Positions 9,818-22,489 of a DNA stretch of 64,000 bases are shown piece after piece. The position numbers were made by a program, and so were the translations under genes. This DNA is from Chthonomonadales bacterium (lineage in GTDB: Bacteria > Armatimonadota > Chthonomonadetes > Chthonomonadales > CAJBBX01). Each line of letters opens with the position of its first letter. Position 1 is the stretch's first letter. Location of the stretch: positions 96,001 through 160,000 of the forward strand of contig JBMFSQ010000002.1 of NCBI GenBank assembly GCA_049967475.1, in the 5' to 3' direction. The notes beneath the pieces are model-generated. The model did no database searches. It saw only the letters and a list, made by a program, of their open reading frames with translations, and was not told the DNA's origin.

Positions 9818-11803
9818 CTAACTCCTAGGGCGCCCGATCTTCACCAGCACCGCCCCATGGGGAGCCACAGTGGCCCGGAACACTCCCCGAAAGACACCGA
9901 GGTTCTTCTGAAGCCACAGATCGCGCACCGGCTGAGGACCTTTGAGCCCCAGGTCCTGCCATCGCGCTTCCACTTGTGCAGCGTCGCTGCCGCGGTTGAA
10001 AAGCCCCACAGCCAGTGTCCCATCATAAAGGGGTCGTGCCCAAACCTCAGTCATCCCGCTCTGCGCTTTGCGTCCGGCGGGTTTGCCCAAAGGATCCTGG
10101 TCCACATCCAGCACCTCATCGTTGGTGATAAGGTCCAGAGTGAACGCATCCAGTTGGCTGAGGTCGCACCCCAAAAGCAGCGGTGCGGATTGGAGGCACC
10201 ACATCGTAATGTGCAAGAGCTGCTCGTTGGGCGTCAAGTGGGACGGATGCAGATTGGGCCCCCAGCCCACTTTACCCACTACCAGCATGTCGGGATCGTT
10301 CCAGTGGCCGGGGCCGGCGAACTTCTCGTGGCCGTTCTGGCTGAAAGCGATGCTGTTCAGGCTTCCCCAGTTATCCGAGATATCTCCCGTAGTCCGCCAG
10401 CAGTTGCCTCCAACTTTGGCGCCCCACTCCCATACATTGCCCATGCCGTATTGGCAGAGGCTGTACACGATGTCACGCGGGGCCGCATCCAAGGCTTGCC
10501 GCATCACACGGTAAGGCTTTTGAAGACGTTCGAGCCCCTCGCCGGTAGCGACATTACCGTAGGAGCACCAATCGTACTTCAGATAGTCTATGCCCCATGC
10601 CGCATACGTGTCGGCGTCTTGCTGTTCGTGGCCGTAGCTCCCGGGAAAGCCGGCGCACGTGGTGGGCCCGGGGGAGGAATAGATGCCCAGCTTGAGCCCG
10701 CGCGCATGCACGTAATCCGCCAGTGCCTTCATGTTGGGGAACTTGTTGTTGGATGTGATGGTTCCGTCGGCACGCCTGGGACCTTCCCACGTGTCATCTA
10801 TGTTGATGTATTGGTATCCGTGGGCTGCAAGGCCGCTGCGCACCATCCAGTCTGCCGCAGCGCGTACCTTTGCATCGTCCACGGCCCCGGCCCACACGTT
10901 CCATGAATTCCAACCCATTGGCGGTGTGAGCGCCAGCTTGTGCACCCCGCCTACAATCGCGAGCATCCGGCGTGCTGTGCCCCGCGGGCCGCGGACCCCC
11001 AATTCCACAGTCCACGTGCCCGCCCGTCTCAAAGATCCGGAAATGATGCCCGTCTTCTTATTCAACACCAGTCCGGCCGGAAGCCCCTTGGCGGTGTACA
11101 GCAGGGGACCTTGGCCTGTCGCCGGGATCAAAAAGAGGAAGGGATGCCCTGGTGTCGCCCCCACGACTCGGGGGCCATGAATGGCGGGGATCGGCGATGG
11201 TGCGTTGTGGTGGATCTTGGGCGGCGCTACTTGAGGTGGAGCCGCTGCCTCGGGACGCTCGCGAGCGCCCGGCTCGAGAAGGATCATCGCCCCAGCCCAA
11301 TCCCCGTGGTCGGAGTCGATGCCGTCCCCGGCGTCATCTATCACCAGGGTCATCCGGCGAGCAGACGTAAGGTCTACCGAGATCACTTTGGGCTGATCAC
11401 CGCCATGCATCACACCGCTGCTTGCCCGCAGCTTTCCATCCACATACACCTGAAAGATCACGGAACCGGCTCCCCGCTTCTCGTCGTCTACGCCCACTGC
11501 AGACACGAAGCGGCGGGCCACGCCCTTCAAATCCACTACGAATTCGCTTCGGGCATGGCTGCCTACCCCATGCGCGAAAAGGATGCCGCCCAAAGAGAGG
11601 GGATTGTTGTCCACGGAGCGGCCTGCGTGGGGCCGGCCCCAGTCCTGGCTCATCTGTTGCAGGTTCAAACGATCCAGCCAAACGGCGTTGGGAGGCAAAT
11701 TCTCCCCTGCAAGGTCCCGGGGCGTCTGGGCTTGCGAGGCCGCTGCACCGAAGAGAACGAACATCAACGCGTATCCAATCCCAATTTTCGTGAACCGATC
11801 CAT
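9818..11803 (-). CDS. Secreted GH27 alpha-galactosidase with NPCBM and Ig-like domains
   Basis: TPPMGWNSWN, YINIDDTW, YLKYDWC, WRTTGDI and WNDPDML motifs; N-terminal NPCBM (DHGDW) domain; signal peptide. Confidence 0.9.
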   Translation of the reverse strand: MDRFTKIGIGYALMFVLFGAAASQAQTPRDLAGENLPPNAVWLDRLNLQQMSQDWGRPHAGRSVDNNPLSLGGILFAHGVGSHARSEFVVDLKGVARRFVSAVGVDDEKRGAGSVIFQVYVDGKLRASSGVMHGGDQPKVISVDLTSARRMTLVIDDAGDGIDSDHGDWAGAMILLEPGARERPEAAAPPQVAPPKIHHNAPSPIPAIHGPRVVGATPGHPFLFLIPATGQGPLLYTAKGLPAGLVLNKKTGIISGSLRRAGTWTVELGVRGPRGTARRMLAIVGGVHKLALTPPMGWNSWNVWAGAVDDAKVRAAADWMVRSGLAAHGYQYINIDDTWEGPRRADGTITSNNKFPNMKALADYVHARGLKLGIYSSPGPTTCAGFPGSYGHEQQDADTYAAWGIDYLKYDWCSYGNVATGEGLERLQKPYRVMRQALDAAPRDIVYSLCQYGMGNVWEWGAKVGGNCWRTTGDISDNWGSLNSIAFSQNGHEKFAGPGHWNDPDMLVVGKVGWGPNLHPSHLTPNEQLLHITMWCLQSAPLLLGCDLSQLDAFTLDLITNDEVLDVDQDPLGKPAGRKAQSGMTEVWARPLYDGTLAVGLFNRGSDAAQVEARWQDLGLKGPQPVRDLWLQKNLGVFRGVFRATVAPHGAVLVKIGRPRS

Positions 11804-11904
11804 GAAACCGCTCCCCAGGCTGACTACGGAGGGATAGAGAGGCCCTCACGTCGTATAAGGGCTCATTCGCGCCCCTGCATGCTAAATCCTTCACGCTCAT
11901 CGCC

Positions 11905-11934
11905 TTGACACGAGCGCACCTTCCCCGGCATAAT
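11905..11934 (+). promoter_or_regulatory. Sigma70-type promoter of the rpoZ-dnaJ-prmA-rsmE operon
   Basis: TTGACA-N18-CATAAT. Confidence 0.65.
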
Positions 11935-12123
11935 AGATCTCGCAGTGGGATTGGCGCACTGCGTCCCGTGTCGCGACCGTCCTCACACCCTTATGCCTGT
12001 TGCGCAGATCCGTCTCCTGCGCACCGGATTGTTGCGACACGCGCTGTGTTGAAGCCGATATTAAAGCTTTAGGTACTGGCGCGCGACACCGCCTGCACCC
12101 GCCCTTTCTAAGGAGGCATCACC

Positions 12124-14716
<2,593 letters not shown>

Positions 14717-14722
14717 TGCTGC

Positions 14723-15481
14723 GTGCGGCGCCTCTTTCTGCCGGATCTTCCAGAAGCCCACGGCCCGGTCCTCATCGGAGGCGGCGACCATCACCACCTC
14801 TGCAATGTATTGCGCCTTGGGCGCGGGGACACGCTTGTGCTCCTCGACGGCAAGGGACTGGCCTACCACGCTGAGATCGTGGAAGTTCGGCGGGACGCAA
14901 CCGTCGCCAAGCTCGTGCGGCCTATCCCAGCTCCGCCGGAACCGCCTGCCGAAATATGGGTGGCGCAAGCTTTGGGCAAAGGGAACAAATTCGAGCAGGT
15001 AATCCAGCACGGCACGGAGGTCGGAGCATCACGCTTCATTCCCCTCGTAACGGAGCGGACCATCGTAAGGCATGGGCCCGATCTACCGGCCAACAGGCTC
15101 ACCCGATGGCGGCAAATAGCCAGGAGTGCTGCAGAACAGTGCGGCCGCGCCCGCATCCCTGTTCTCGAGGACCTCGTTTCCCTTCCCGAGCTGGTGATGC
15201 GCACAGAAAGGGCCCACTGTGCGATCCTTCTGGACGGCGGAGGGCCGCCGCTCGCCCGCACCCTTTCCCAACTTCTGCCCCACGGATGCGTCCTACCCAG
15301 CGGCCCGATCCTGCTGATTGTGGGACCGGAGGGCGGCTTCACTCCTGCGGAGACTGCCGAGGCGCTGAGCCGCGGCGTCCATTGCGCCAGTCTGGGCCCT
15401 TACACCCTTAGGACGGAAACGGCGGCCCTGGCAGCCATCGCCCGCATCGTGCATTACCTGGAAGAGCACTCTGCCCGATGA
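14723..15481 (+). CDS. rsmE: 16S rRNA m3U1498 methyltransferase
   Basis: HHLCNVLRL, AAEQCGR, VGPEGGF and LRTETA motifs. Confidence 0.95.
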   Translation: MRRLFLPDLPEAHGPVLIGGGDHHHLCNVLRLGRGDTLVLLDGKGLAYHAEIVEVRRDATVAKLVRPIPAPPEPPAEIWVAQALGKGNKFEQVIQHGTEVGASRFIPLVTERTIVRHGPDLPANRLTRWRQIARSAAEQCGRARIPVLEDLVSLPELVMRTERAHCAILLDGGGPPLARTLSQLLPHGCVLPSGPILLIVGPEGGFTPAETAEALSRGVHCASLGPYTLRTETAALAAIARIVHYLEEHSAR

Positions 15482-15500
15482 CCGTTCGGGCCTCCGACCG

Positions 15501-16883
15501 TCATTCCCCGGCGAGGATCTTCGCGCCATAATCCCCAGCGAGTTCGGCGCCAGGAAAGTAGTGCTGAAGGATCTGCTCATGCGTCATGCAATAGGGGTTG
15601 GACGCCATTCCCTCGGCACCTTCCTGACACATTCCATGGCCGTGTCCGTAGCCTCGGCCGGTAAACAAGAAGGCTCCGTCCGGCGCGTGCGCCACTGTGA
15701 AGAGAGTGCTCCTCAGCCGTCCCGGCCCGATAGCGGTTCGGAACTGGCTGCCGCGGATACGAAGCGTGCTGCGCCCGGTACGCACTGCGACACTGCGCGC
15801 TCGGCCCGAGCGATCCACGTCCGCCACGGACACGTCTTCCACTGCTCCGCTGATTTGCCCGGGGAATGCTTTCGCCAGCATCCGGCGCAGTTCGTCTGGC
15901 GTCAGCCGAAGATCCCAAGTATGGTACTTTCCCCGGGCGCAATAGTCTGGCCCTCCGGGAGGCGCATCACGAACCGAAGGCGGGTAATCATCCGGCCCAT
16001 CCCCCTCTGCAGTGACGCCGCCGCAATCGTCATAGTAGTCCGAAAGGATCAAGCGGTGATCCCGCACAAGCACCACGCCTGCAGTGTCACGAACGGCTGC
16101 GTCGGATGCGGACGTCTCGGCATCTGCGCCGCCATACACTTGGCAGGCGGTGTCGTCCGTGAGGTCGAAGCCGTCGCTGCGGTAGCGCCCTCTTAGGCGC
16201 AGGGCATATGTGCGGGCCACGATGGCCTGAGCCTTCAGAGCTTCGGGCGGTGCGGCTGTGCTCATCTCCGCCGGCACGACACCGCGCAGGTAATCCTCCA
16301 CATCAACCTCATTTACGGCAAGCAGCCGGTCACCCGAGGTGATCCTTACGAGGAGCGCACCCCGATAGTGTCGGCGGATGCCCCTGGCGGAAACCGTTAG
16401 CAAAGCATCCTCTCCACCACCAGTTGGCGGGACGGGCGCAAGGACGAGTACGTCGCCGCAAAGGGTTCCCTCGCCGTCCAGGCCGCGTGCCTGAACCTTG
16501 CCCAAAACGGCATCGAGTTCTACGCCGCTGCGCACCTGAAGCGAAGCGCCGCCGTCCCCCAGGGAGAGCACGGCCCCATGGTTTGAAGACGCCTCCAGAT
16601 GTTTCGGATGCCCAAAAGTGCCCACCAGGCCGATACGAAGGGCACCACCTCCGCGCACCCGCTTTGGGCTGGAGTGTGCGGCTAAGACCTGTGGCGCAGC
16701 CTTGCCGCCAGGGCTTTCTGCACAGGATGCTGGAACCGGCGAGTTAAGAGAGAAGTAAAGGAGGGCAACTGCACAGGGAACGTATTTCGCGCAGAAGCTT
16801 GGGATCTTGCGGTCCGAAGCCTTCCAGGAGTGTGCGCCTTCAGGCAAGCTCTTCGCCTGTAGTCGTGGGGATGAACACTCCAT
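15501..16883 (-). CDS. SpoIID/LytB-domain lytic transglycosylase-like protein
   Basis: VNEVDVEDYLRGVVPAEM, EALKAQAIVARTYA and GRGYGHGHGMCQ motifs. Start uncertain. Confidence 0.88.
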   Translation of the reverse strand: MECSSPRLQAKSLPEGAHSWKASDRKIPSFCAKYVPCAVALLYFSLNSPVPASCAESPGGKAAPQVLAAHSSPKRVRGGGALRIGLVGTFGHPKHLEASSNHGAVLSLGDGGASLQVRSGVELDAVLGKVQARGLDGEGTLCGDVLVLAPVPPTGGGEDALLTVSARGIRRHYRGALLVRITSGDRLLAVNEVDVEDYLRGVVPAEMSTAAPPEALKAQAIVARTYALRLRGRYRSDGFDLTDDTACQVYGGADAETSASDAAVRDTAGVVLVRDHRLILSDYYDDCGGVTAEGDGPDDYPPSVRDAPPGGPDYCARGKYHTWDLRLTPDELRRMLAKAFPGQISGAVEDVSVADVDRSGRARSVAVRTGRSTLRIRGSQFRTAIGPGRLRSTLFTVAHAPDGAFLFTGRGYGHGHGMCQEGAEGMASNPYCMTHEQILQHYFPGAELAGDYGAKILAGE

Positions 16884-17325
16884 GGAGTACGCCCCGTGCG
16901 CTGATGAGGTGGCCGGCCAACTCGCGCACGTCTGCGCGGGCGCCTCGCAATACCACCACCTCCAGGCAGTTTTCCAGAGTCAGGTGGATGTGAAGGGCAG
17001 CCAACGCCTTGGCTCGGCTGTGGTGCTGCATGTCCGTAAGCCGATCGCTCAGTTGGCGGGTGGTGTGATCGTACACCAGCAACACGACACCAACCGCTTC
17101 GCCCGCCGCCGAATCCCCCTCGTCCCGCCACTGGGTCTGAACCAAAGCATCGCGGACCAAATCACGAACGGCTTCGGAACGGCTCGGATAACCCAGCCCT
17201 TTGCGCCAACGGTCCAGATCCCGCACCAGTGCTGCCGGCATGGACACCCCGAAGCGCACCAGCTCGTCATCATTGGCGGGTGGAGTGTCGCCTCGCTCCT
17301 CTAGGGGTCTTTCATTGGGTTCCAT
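16840..17325 (-). CDS. nikR: Nickel-responsive regulator
   Basis: Ribbon-helix-helix domain (RFGVSM...GYPSRSEAVRDL) and nickel site HIHL...CLEV. Confidence 0.92.
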   Translation of the reverse strand: MEPNERPLEERGDTPPANDDELVRFGVSMPAALVRDLDRWRKGLGYPSRSEAVRDLVRDALVQTQWRDEGDSAAGEAVGVVLLVYDHTTRQLSDRLTDMQHHSRAKALAALHIHLTLENCLEVVVLRGARADVRELAGHLISARGVLHGVFIPTTTGEELA

Positions 17326-17381
17326 GGCCGGCGTCCATTCTACCTGCAGACCTCCCAAGCGTCAATTGTCCGGGCACTTCT

Positions 17382-18095
17382 TCACGGTGTAGATCCATCC
17401 AGTCGGCCGTCGCGCATATGATACACGCGATCTGCCCCGGTCAGCATTTCGGCATCGTGGGTTACCACTACCACCACCCCACGCGTCCGATAGGATGTCA
17501 GTAGATCCATAACCAGGCGGCCATTGGCGTGGTCCAACGAGGCTGTAGGCTCGTCAGCAAAGATCACATCGGGCAAATTCACCATCGCCCTGGCCACGCA
17601 GATGCGTTGTCGTTCCCCGCCGCTAAGATGGTAAGGAAAGCGCCCTGCGAATTCCTCCACTCCTAACGAACACAGCAATTCATCCGCCCTACCGGCCGCA
17701 GAATGGTCGTCCCACAACGCAGCGACGAGAACGTTCTCGCGGGCGGTGAGGTAATTCAACAAAAAGGGTTGCTGAAACACAAAGCCGAACCTGCGGCGGC
17801 GCACGGTAGTGAGAGCGGCATCGCTGAGGATCCCCATGGGTACACCATCCAGCAGGACGTCGCCGCTGGTAGGCCGCTTGAGACCGCTCAACAGGTAGAG
17901 AAGAGACGACTTGCCGGACCCTGAAGGCCCCATGATGCCGACGAAACCCGTCTTCGGAAGTGTAAGGCTCACGCGGTCCACGGCAAGGGTTGTTCGATCG
18001 CCGTCGAAGTAGGCCAGAGACACGTCCTTGGCCTGGAGGCGTGCGGATAGCTCCGCGGGCATGGTTCCCTCGCTGCTGCTCTCTACCGCCGTCAT
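17382..18095 (-). CDS. ABC transporter ATP-binding protein (LolD/MacB type)
   Basis: GPSGSGKS, LSGGERQR, ADEPTASLD and VTHD motifs. The ATG at 18095 overlaps the permease stop. Confidence 0.9.
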   Translation of the reverse strand: MTAVESSSEGTMPAELSARLQAKDVSLAYFDGDRTTLAVDRVSLTLPKTGFVGIMGPSGSGKSSLLYLLSGLKRPTSGDVLLDGVPMGILSDAALTTVRRRRFGFVFQQPFLLNYLTARENVLVAALWDDHSAAGRADELLCSLGVEEFAGRFPYHLSGGERQRICVARAMVNLPDVIFADEPTASLDHANGRLVMDLLTSYRTRGVVVVVTHDAEMLTGADRVYHMRDGRLDGSTP

Positions 18096-19237
18096 TGCCG
18101 CCTCTCGATGATTGCTACCGGATCCAAGGCCATCATCCGGTGCCCGATGCCTGCGAGCGCAAAGGTCAGGATGGCCAAGGGCATGGGAACGGTGAAGCGG
18201 TACGCGTGCGGATCCCACACATCCAGCAAGAGCCCGCGAGGGGTCATGAGAATGTGCTTGATAGCCGCCAGGCCTGCCACGGTTAGTACCGCCCCGAAGG
18301 CCCAGCCGAAGACACACAGCATCGCCACCTCGGCCAACACTCTCAGCATCAAAACACGCCGCGCGTATCCAATCGCCGAAAGCGTGGCGAACTCAGACAG
18401 CCGCTGGGTGAAGTAGATGGAAGTGAGCATTGCCGTGAGAAATGCGATGGCGAACACAATGATGCCGATCACCACTCCCATAATAAGATAGAGGCTCGCC
18501 AGGGCATCCCGGGTGTCCCGCACCAACCCCGCATAGGTCCACAACCTGCAGCGCGCCTTATCGAGTACGCGGCCGAGACTTGTGTCCAGGCGGCGCTGGT
18601 TTCTCTCATCGCGCGCCAGCACCAGCACGCCCTCCGGCGCCAACGGGAAGTGGGCACGCACAAAGCTCTGGGACGTAAGGGCAAACCACACAGGCCCATC
18701 CAAGATGCCTACAAGGCGCGCCGGAACGATGCAATAGCTTCCCTCACTCTGAGGACTCAGCACGACGCTGCCCAAATGGAGCTTGCGGTTCCGAACGATA
18801 TCTACGGACAGCGCCACCTCCGGCGCTCCCTCGGCGGGGAGGCGGCCCGCTATCACCTTCAATCCGCACCGCGCCAGAACGGTGTCCCGGGCAGCCGGCT
18901 CTAGGCCAAAGATCACAAACGGAACCTTCCCGAAGATGGTCTTGACTTCAGTGAATGCGGCCTGCGCAGGATAGACACGGTCCAGCAGAGGCTGGCGCCG
19001 CACCTGCGCAAGGATCTCGTCGGGCACCGCCAGCGCGTTACGCGGCGTGATCACAGCGAAGTGGCGCTGGTATCCGTACATTGTCAGCACCGTCAGATTG
19101 ATGCTGTCTACCACGGTAACAACGCTTGCCACCAACGCAACCGCCACCGCAATCACGAACACAATGGGCAGCGTCTTGCCGGGGTTCCTGCGGAAATAGA
19201 TCCAAGGTGAGAGTGGATGCGTGATGTTAGAATGCAC
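18092..19237 (-). CDS. FtsX/MacB-like ABC permease
   Basis: N-terminal TM helix, periplasmic domain (GRLP....E) and C-terminal TM helices with R..EFATL.AIG. Confidence 0.8.
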   Translation of the reverse strand: MHSNITHPLSPWIYFRRNPGKTLPIVFVIAVAVALVASVVTVVDSINLTVLTMYGYQRHFAVITPRNALAVPDEILAQVRRQPLLDRVYPAQAAFTEVKTIFGKVPFVIFGLEPAARDTVLARCGLKVIAGRLPAEGAPEVALSVDIVRNRKLHLGSVVLSPQSEGSYCIVPARLVGILDGPVWFALTSQSFVRAHFPLAPEGVLVLARDERNQRRLDTSLGRVLDKARCRLWTYAGLVRDTRDALASLYLIMGVVIGIIVFAIAFLTAMLTSIYFTQRLSEFATLSAIGYARRVLMLRVLAEVAMLCVFGWAFGAVLTVAGLAAIKHILMTPRGLLLDVWDPHAYRFTVPMPLAILTFALAGIGHRMMALDPVAIIERRQ

Positions 19238-19267
19238 GGCAGTTCCGTGGGCCTTAAGGCCCTGTCG

Positions 19268-19280
19268 TGGTATTATACCA
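19268..19280. promoter_or_regulatory. Palindromic bidirectional extended -10 element
   Basis: TGGTATTATACCA reads TGG-TATTAT on the + strand and TGG-TATAAT on the - strand, between divergent genes. Confidence 0.5.
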
Positions 19281-19359
19281 GTCACGAAACTACAGCCATG
19301 GCCGCAGGGGCAGTGCAGCAACATCGGCCCCCGTGGCAAAGAATGTTCGAGGAGCCATT

Positions 19360-20967
19360 TTGGAAATCTACGACATCATCATCCGGAACGGCTCCGTTAT
19401 AGATGGAACGGGAAGCCCGCCTTCGACGACTGACCTGGCCATTCGGGATGACCGCATCGCAGCTATGGGCGACCTCCGGGAATGCCATGCCGGCCGCGAA
19501 ATCAACGCAGCCGGCCTGCGCGTGGCGCCGGGCTTCGTAGACATCCATACCCACTCCGACATCTCTGTGACGTTCCACCCCCAGATGGAATCGATGCTGG
19601 CTCAGGGCGTCACTACTCAAGTTGTGGGCAACTGTTCCCTCTGCTTGGGATTAGCTACGGATGCTGAAGTATTCGCCTTCGAGAAGCGTTGGCTGGGTGT
19701 CCACGGCAAGCGTATCGTCTGGAATACCTTGGCAGGTCACCTGCGTTATGTAGAAGACCACGGTGTGGGCACCAATTACGTGATGCTGGCCGGCCAGGGT
19801 ACCTTACGCAAACGCGTGATGGGGCTGGATAAGCGGCCGCCCACCGCCGCTGAGATGGACGCCATGAAGCGCCTGCTCGCCCAAGCCATGGAAGAAGGCG
19901 CGTGGGGCATTTCAACGGGTTTGGAATACTCGCCCTCAGGGTATGCGGATATAGACGAACTCGTGGAGCTCAGCAGGGTAGCCGCGGCAGCCGGAGGCAT
20001 TTACGCAACGCACCTTCGCAATGAGGGTGATCGCCTCGTAGAAGCAGTGGAAGAGGCTCTTGCCATCGGCGAACGGGCCTCCATTCCGGTGCAACTCTCC
20101 CATCATAAAGCAGAAGGACCCCGCAACTGGGGGAAGGTCCGCACCACCCTCTCCATGGTGGAGGAAGCAAGAGCGCGCGGGCTGGACGTGCAATTGGACC
20201 AATATCCCTATACGGCGTTCCAAACAAGCATGGCGGTTCAATTCCTTCCGGCCTGGGTTACTGTAGGCGATAACGACACGATCCTTGCGCGCCTGGCCGA
20301 TCCGGACCAGCGGTCCCGCATCGCAGAAGAGATGGTTGCAGCCCATCCGGACTGGGCAGAACTTGGTCCCGACACTCCCTGGGAGCGCGTGCGCGTAAGC
20401 TCGTGCCGCATTCATCGCGAATATCAGGGCCGCACCATAGCAGAGCTGGCCAGGGAGCGGGGAGCCGACCCGATAGACACCGTGCTCCAGATCATCTTGG
20501 ACGAGCGCAACTTCGTGAGCGCCGTAAACTTTGCCCTCTGCGAAGAAGACGTGGAATTTGTGATGAAGCATCCGCTCGTCATGATCGGGTCCGACGCCGT
20601 GGGCACTTCGCCCTACGGGAGGACTGGAGAAGACCGCGTCCACCCTCGATGCTACGGAACCTTCCCGCGCGTGTTGGGAAGATATGTACGCCAGCGCCAC
20701 ACGCTGGATGAGGCAGAAGCCATCCGCAAGATGACGAGCCTGCCGGCAAGCCGCCTGAAGATACGCGACCGCGGCCGTCTGGCGCCGGGAGCCTATGCGG
20801 ATATCGTAGTGTACAACCCCCACACGGTAGAGGATCGCGCCGACTTCGAACACCCGCACCGTTTCGCCAAAGGCATCGAGATCGTGCTTGTCAACGGAAG
20901 GGTCGCTTGGGAAGGCGGTCACGCAACTCCCGTACTGGCCGGGAGAGTGCTGCGCCGCGGCTGCTGA
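19360..20967 (+). CDS. N-acyl-D-amino-acid deacylase (D-aminoacylase), amidohydrolase family
   Basis: PGFVDIHTHSD, GVTTQVVGNC, HLRNEG, GSD and HPRCYGTFPRVLG motifs; TTG start after GAGGAG. Confidence 0.9.
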   Translation: MEIYDIIIRNGSVIDGTGSPPSTTDLAIRDDRIAAMGDLRECHAGREINAAGLRVAPGFVDIHTHSDISVTFHPQMESMLAQGVTTQVVGNCSLCLGLATDAEVFAFEKRWLGVHGKRIVWNTLAGHLRYVEDHGVGTNYVMLAGQGTLRKRVMGLDKRPPTAAEMDAMKRLLAQAMEEGAWGISTGLEYSPSGYADIDELVELSRVAAAAGGIYATHLRNEGDRLVEAVEEALAIGERASIPVQLSHHKAEGPRNWGKVRTTLSMVEEARARGLDVQLDQYPYTAFQTSMAVQFLPAWVTVGDNDTILARLADPDQRSRIAEEMVAAHPDWAELGPDTPWERVRVSSCRIHREYQGRTIAELARERGADPIDTVLQIILDERNFVSAVNFALCEEDVEFVMKHPLVMIGSDAVGTSPYGRTGEDRVHPRCYGTFPRVLGRYVRQRHTLDEAEAIRKMTSLPASRLKIRDRGRLAPGAYADIVVYNPHTVEDRADFEHPHRFAKGIEIVLVNGRVAWEGGHATPVLAGRVLRRGC

Positions 20968-20979
20968 CGGGCATCGGCG

Positions 20980-21636
20980 TCAGTGAGCAATATGGAGCCA
21001 GTCGTGCATCAGGAACCACACGCGGTCTATGAGGAGCGCCATCCTTGCCATCACCGTAGATCCGAAGATGGCCCCGAAGGCAAACATCATCGTCAACCGG
21101 CCCACCCGCGCTGTACCTGCAACGGCCTTGCTCTTGTGCTCGATCGAGAAGAAGAAGTAGACCAGCACCGACACCAGAATTACCACAAAAAGCAGGTTGT
21201 TGAGGGTGATGCCCGTTACCGTCAACTGGGACCCCGGGGGGATCATGTCCGGCGTAACGTGGAGGGGTTTGAAGCTCGTGCGGATCTGAGGAATGTAGTC
21301 GCTGGCCGTCTGTTGGAAAATCTGGCCGGCAACCAGTCCCAAAAGGATGCCGATGGAGATGCGGCTCATCCAGTTGTATCGGCGCGAGTAAATGGTGTAG
21401 AACAGGAGGCCCAGGAAGAGGACGAAGATCATGGGCCAACGGCCGTGGACGAGGGGCACATACCACAAAGGGTAAATGGTATCGGTCCAGATGGTTTTGA
21501 TGGTGTATCCGGCGGCCAATCCGATGAACAAATGCTCGAACAATCGGTAGGCGCGGTTCTCCCGATAGATCAGCGAGAACAAACAGATCGTACCGATGGC
21601 GCCAATCCAGATGCCAGGTGTCGTGGACCAACCCAT
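20980..21636 (-). CDS. Uncharacterised multi-pass membrane protein (DUF6754-associated cluster)
   Basis: About 6 hydrophobic helices; starts 2 nt after the upstream gene's stop. Confidence 0.75.
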   Translation of the reverse strand: MGWSTTPGIWIGAIGTICLFSLIYRENRAYRLFEHLFIGLAAGYTIKTIWTDTIYPLWYVPLVHGRWPMIFVLFLGLLFYTIYSRRYNWMSRISIGILLGLVAGQIFQQTASDYIPQIRTSFKPLHVTPDMIPPGSQLTVTGITLNNLLFVVILVSVLVYFFFSIEHKSKAVAGTARVGRLTMMFAFGAIFGSTVMARMALLIDRVWFLMHDWLHIAH

Positions 21637-21637
21637 C

Positions 21638-22489
21638 CTAGGGCTTCCTCCCAGTGCGCCGAGCCGCAAACATGCCGATATTGCCCAAACCGATCAGCAC
21701 AAACAGCAAGATGAGCGTCAGCGACACAGGCGTCATCGCCCGCGTGATAAAGCCCGCTTCCTTAAGCACGCCGCTCTGCACCAAAAGTTCCTCGTACTCT
21801 GCCGCACCCTTGATGCCGAACAACATTCCCTTGATCTGCCCGGAGTCCAGGTAGGTAAATACCTCAGGCGCCATCACTGAAGTGGGGCAGAAGCAATAGG
21901 GAGCCGATGTAGTCCCCACTACGAGCTGCACCCACGCTTTATAGGTTCCGGAAGGCGACACCTCCACAATCACGCCGACGTCGCGGATATTCCTCACCCC
22001 AGCCATAGCAGGGAAGGAACTTAGGGGCTTGCGCTGGATTACATCCTCCTTAAAGGTACCGGGTATATCTTGCACAAGCGCCTTGAGCGTGGTTTCCACC
22101 TGGGGCCGGTATCCTACGTTCACCCAGTTAACGCCGTACTTGTACCCGAACTGGGGCGCCAGCTCTTCCGCCACTTCTTCAGCCAAGGTGGGTGATTGAG
22201 GGTCAAAGCCCATGATCAGGAAGCGGATATGCCGGCTCATCAGGTGTGTCAAGATCACACGGGTTTGGGGCCTGTTCTCACCCTGGCTGCTGGCGCTCCA
22301 GTTGACACTCACGATGGCGATCTTGTCCGCCGGAGCCGATTGCACGGCGTTGTAGAGCATCCGCGCCTGGGGACCCACGTTGACGCCGAACCCCTTGGGC
22401 AACACGAGCCCCACCACCACAATCACCAAAAGCACCACGTAGAGGATGCGCCGGTCTATGTACTGCATCCGGACGAGGTATTCGCCCAT
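21638..22489 (-). CDS. Uncharacterised membrane protein with a large soluble domain between terminal TM helices
   Basis: IDRRILY...TM, YG.NWVN.GY, SGQIKG.L.G.KGAAEYE and a C-terminal TM helix. The ATG overlaps the upstream TGA. Confidence 0.75.
   Translation of the reverse strand: MGEYLVRMQYIDRRILYVVLLVIVVVGLVLPKGFGVNVGPQARMLYNAVQSAPADKIAIVSVNWSASSQGENRPQTRVILTHLMSRHIRFLIMGFDPQSPTLAEEVAEELAPQFGYKYGVNWVNVGYRPQVETTLKALVQDIPGTFKEDVIQRKPLSSFPAMAGVRNIRDVGVIVEVSPSGTYKAWVQLVVGTTSAPYCFCPTSVMAPEVFTYLDSGQIKGMLFGIKGAAEYEELLVQSGVLKEAGFITRAMTPVSLTLILLFVLIGLGNIGMFAARRTGRKP

Noticed and set aside
11941..12123. CIRCE (HrcA) operator or sigma28 promoter upstream of the dnaJ operon
   Set aside because: There is no TTAGCACTC-N9-GAGTGCTAA match, and the GCCGATAT at 12054 has no matching -35.
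16840..19237. NikR-regulated nickel importer
   Set aside because: The adjacent ABC genes are LolD/FtsX exporter-type, with no binding protein or Nik/Cbi components.
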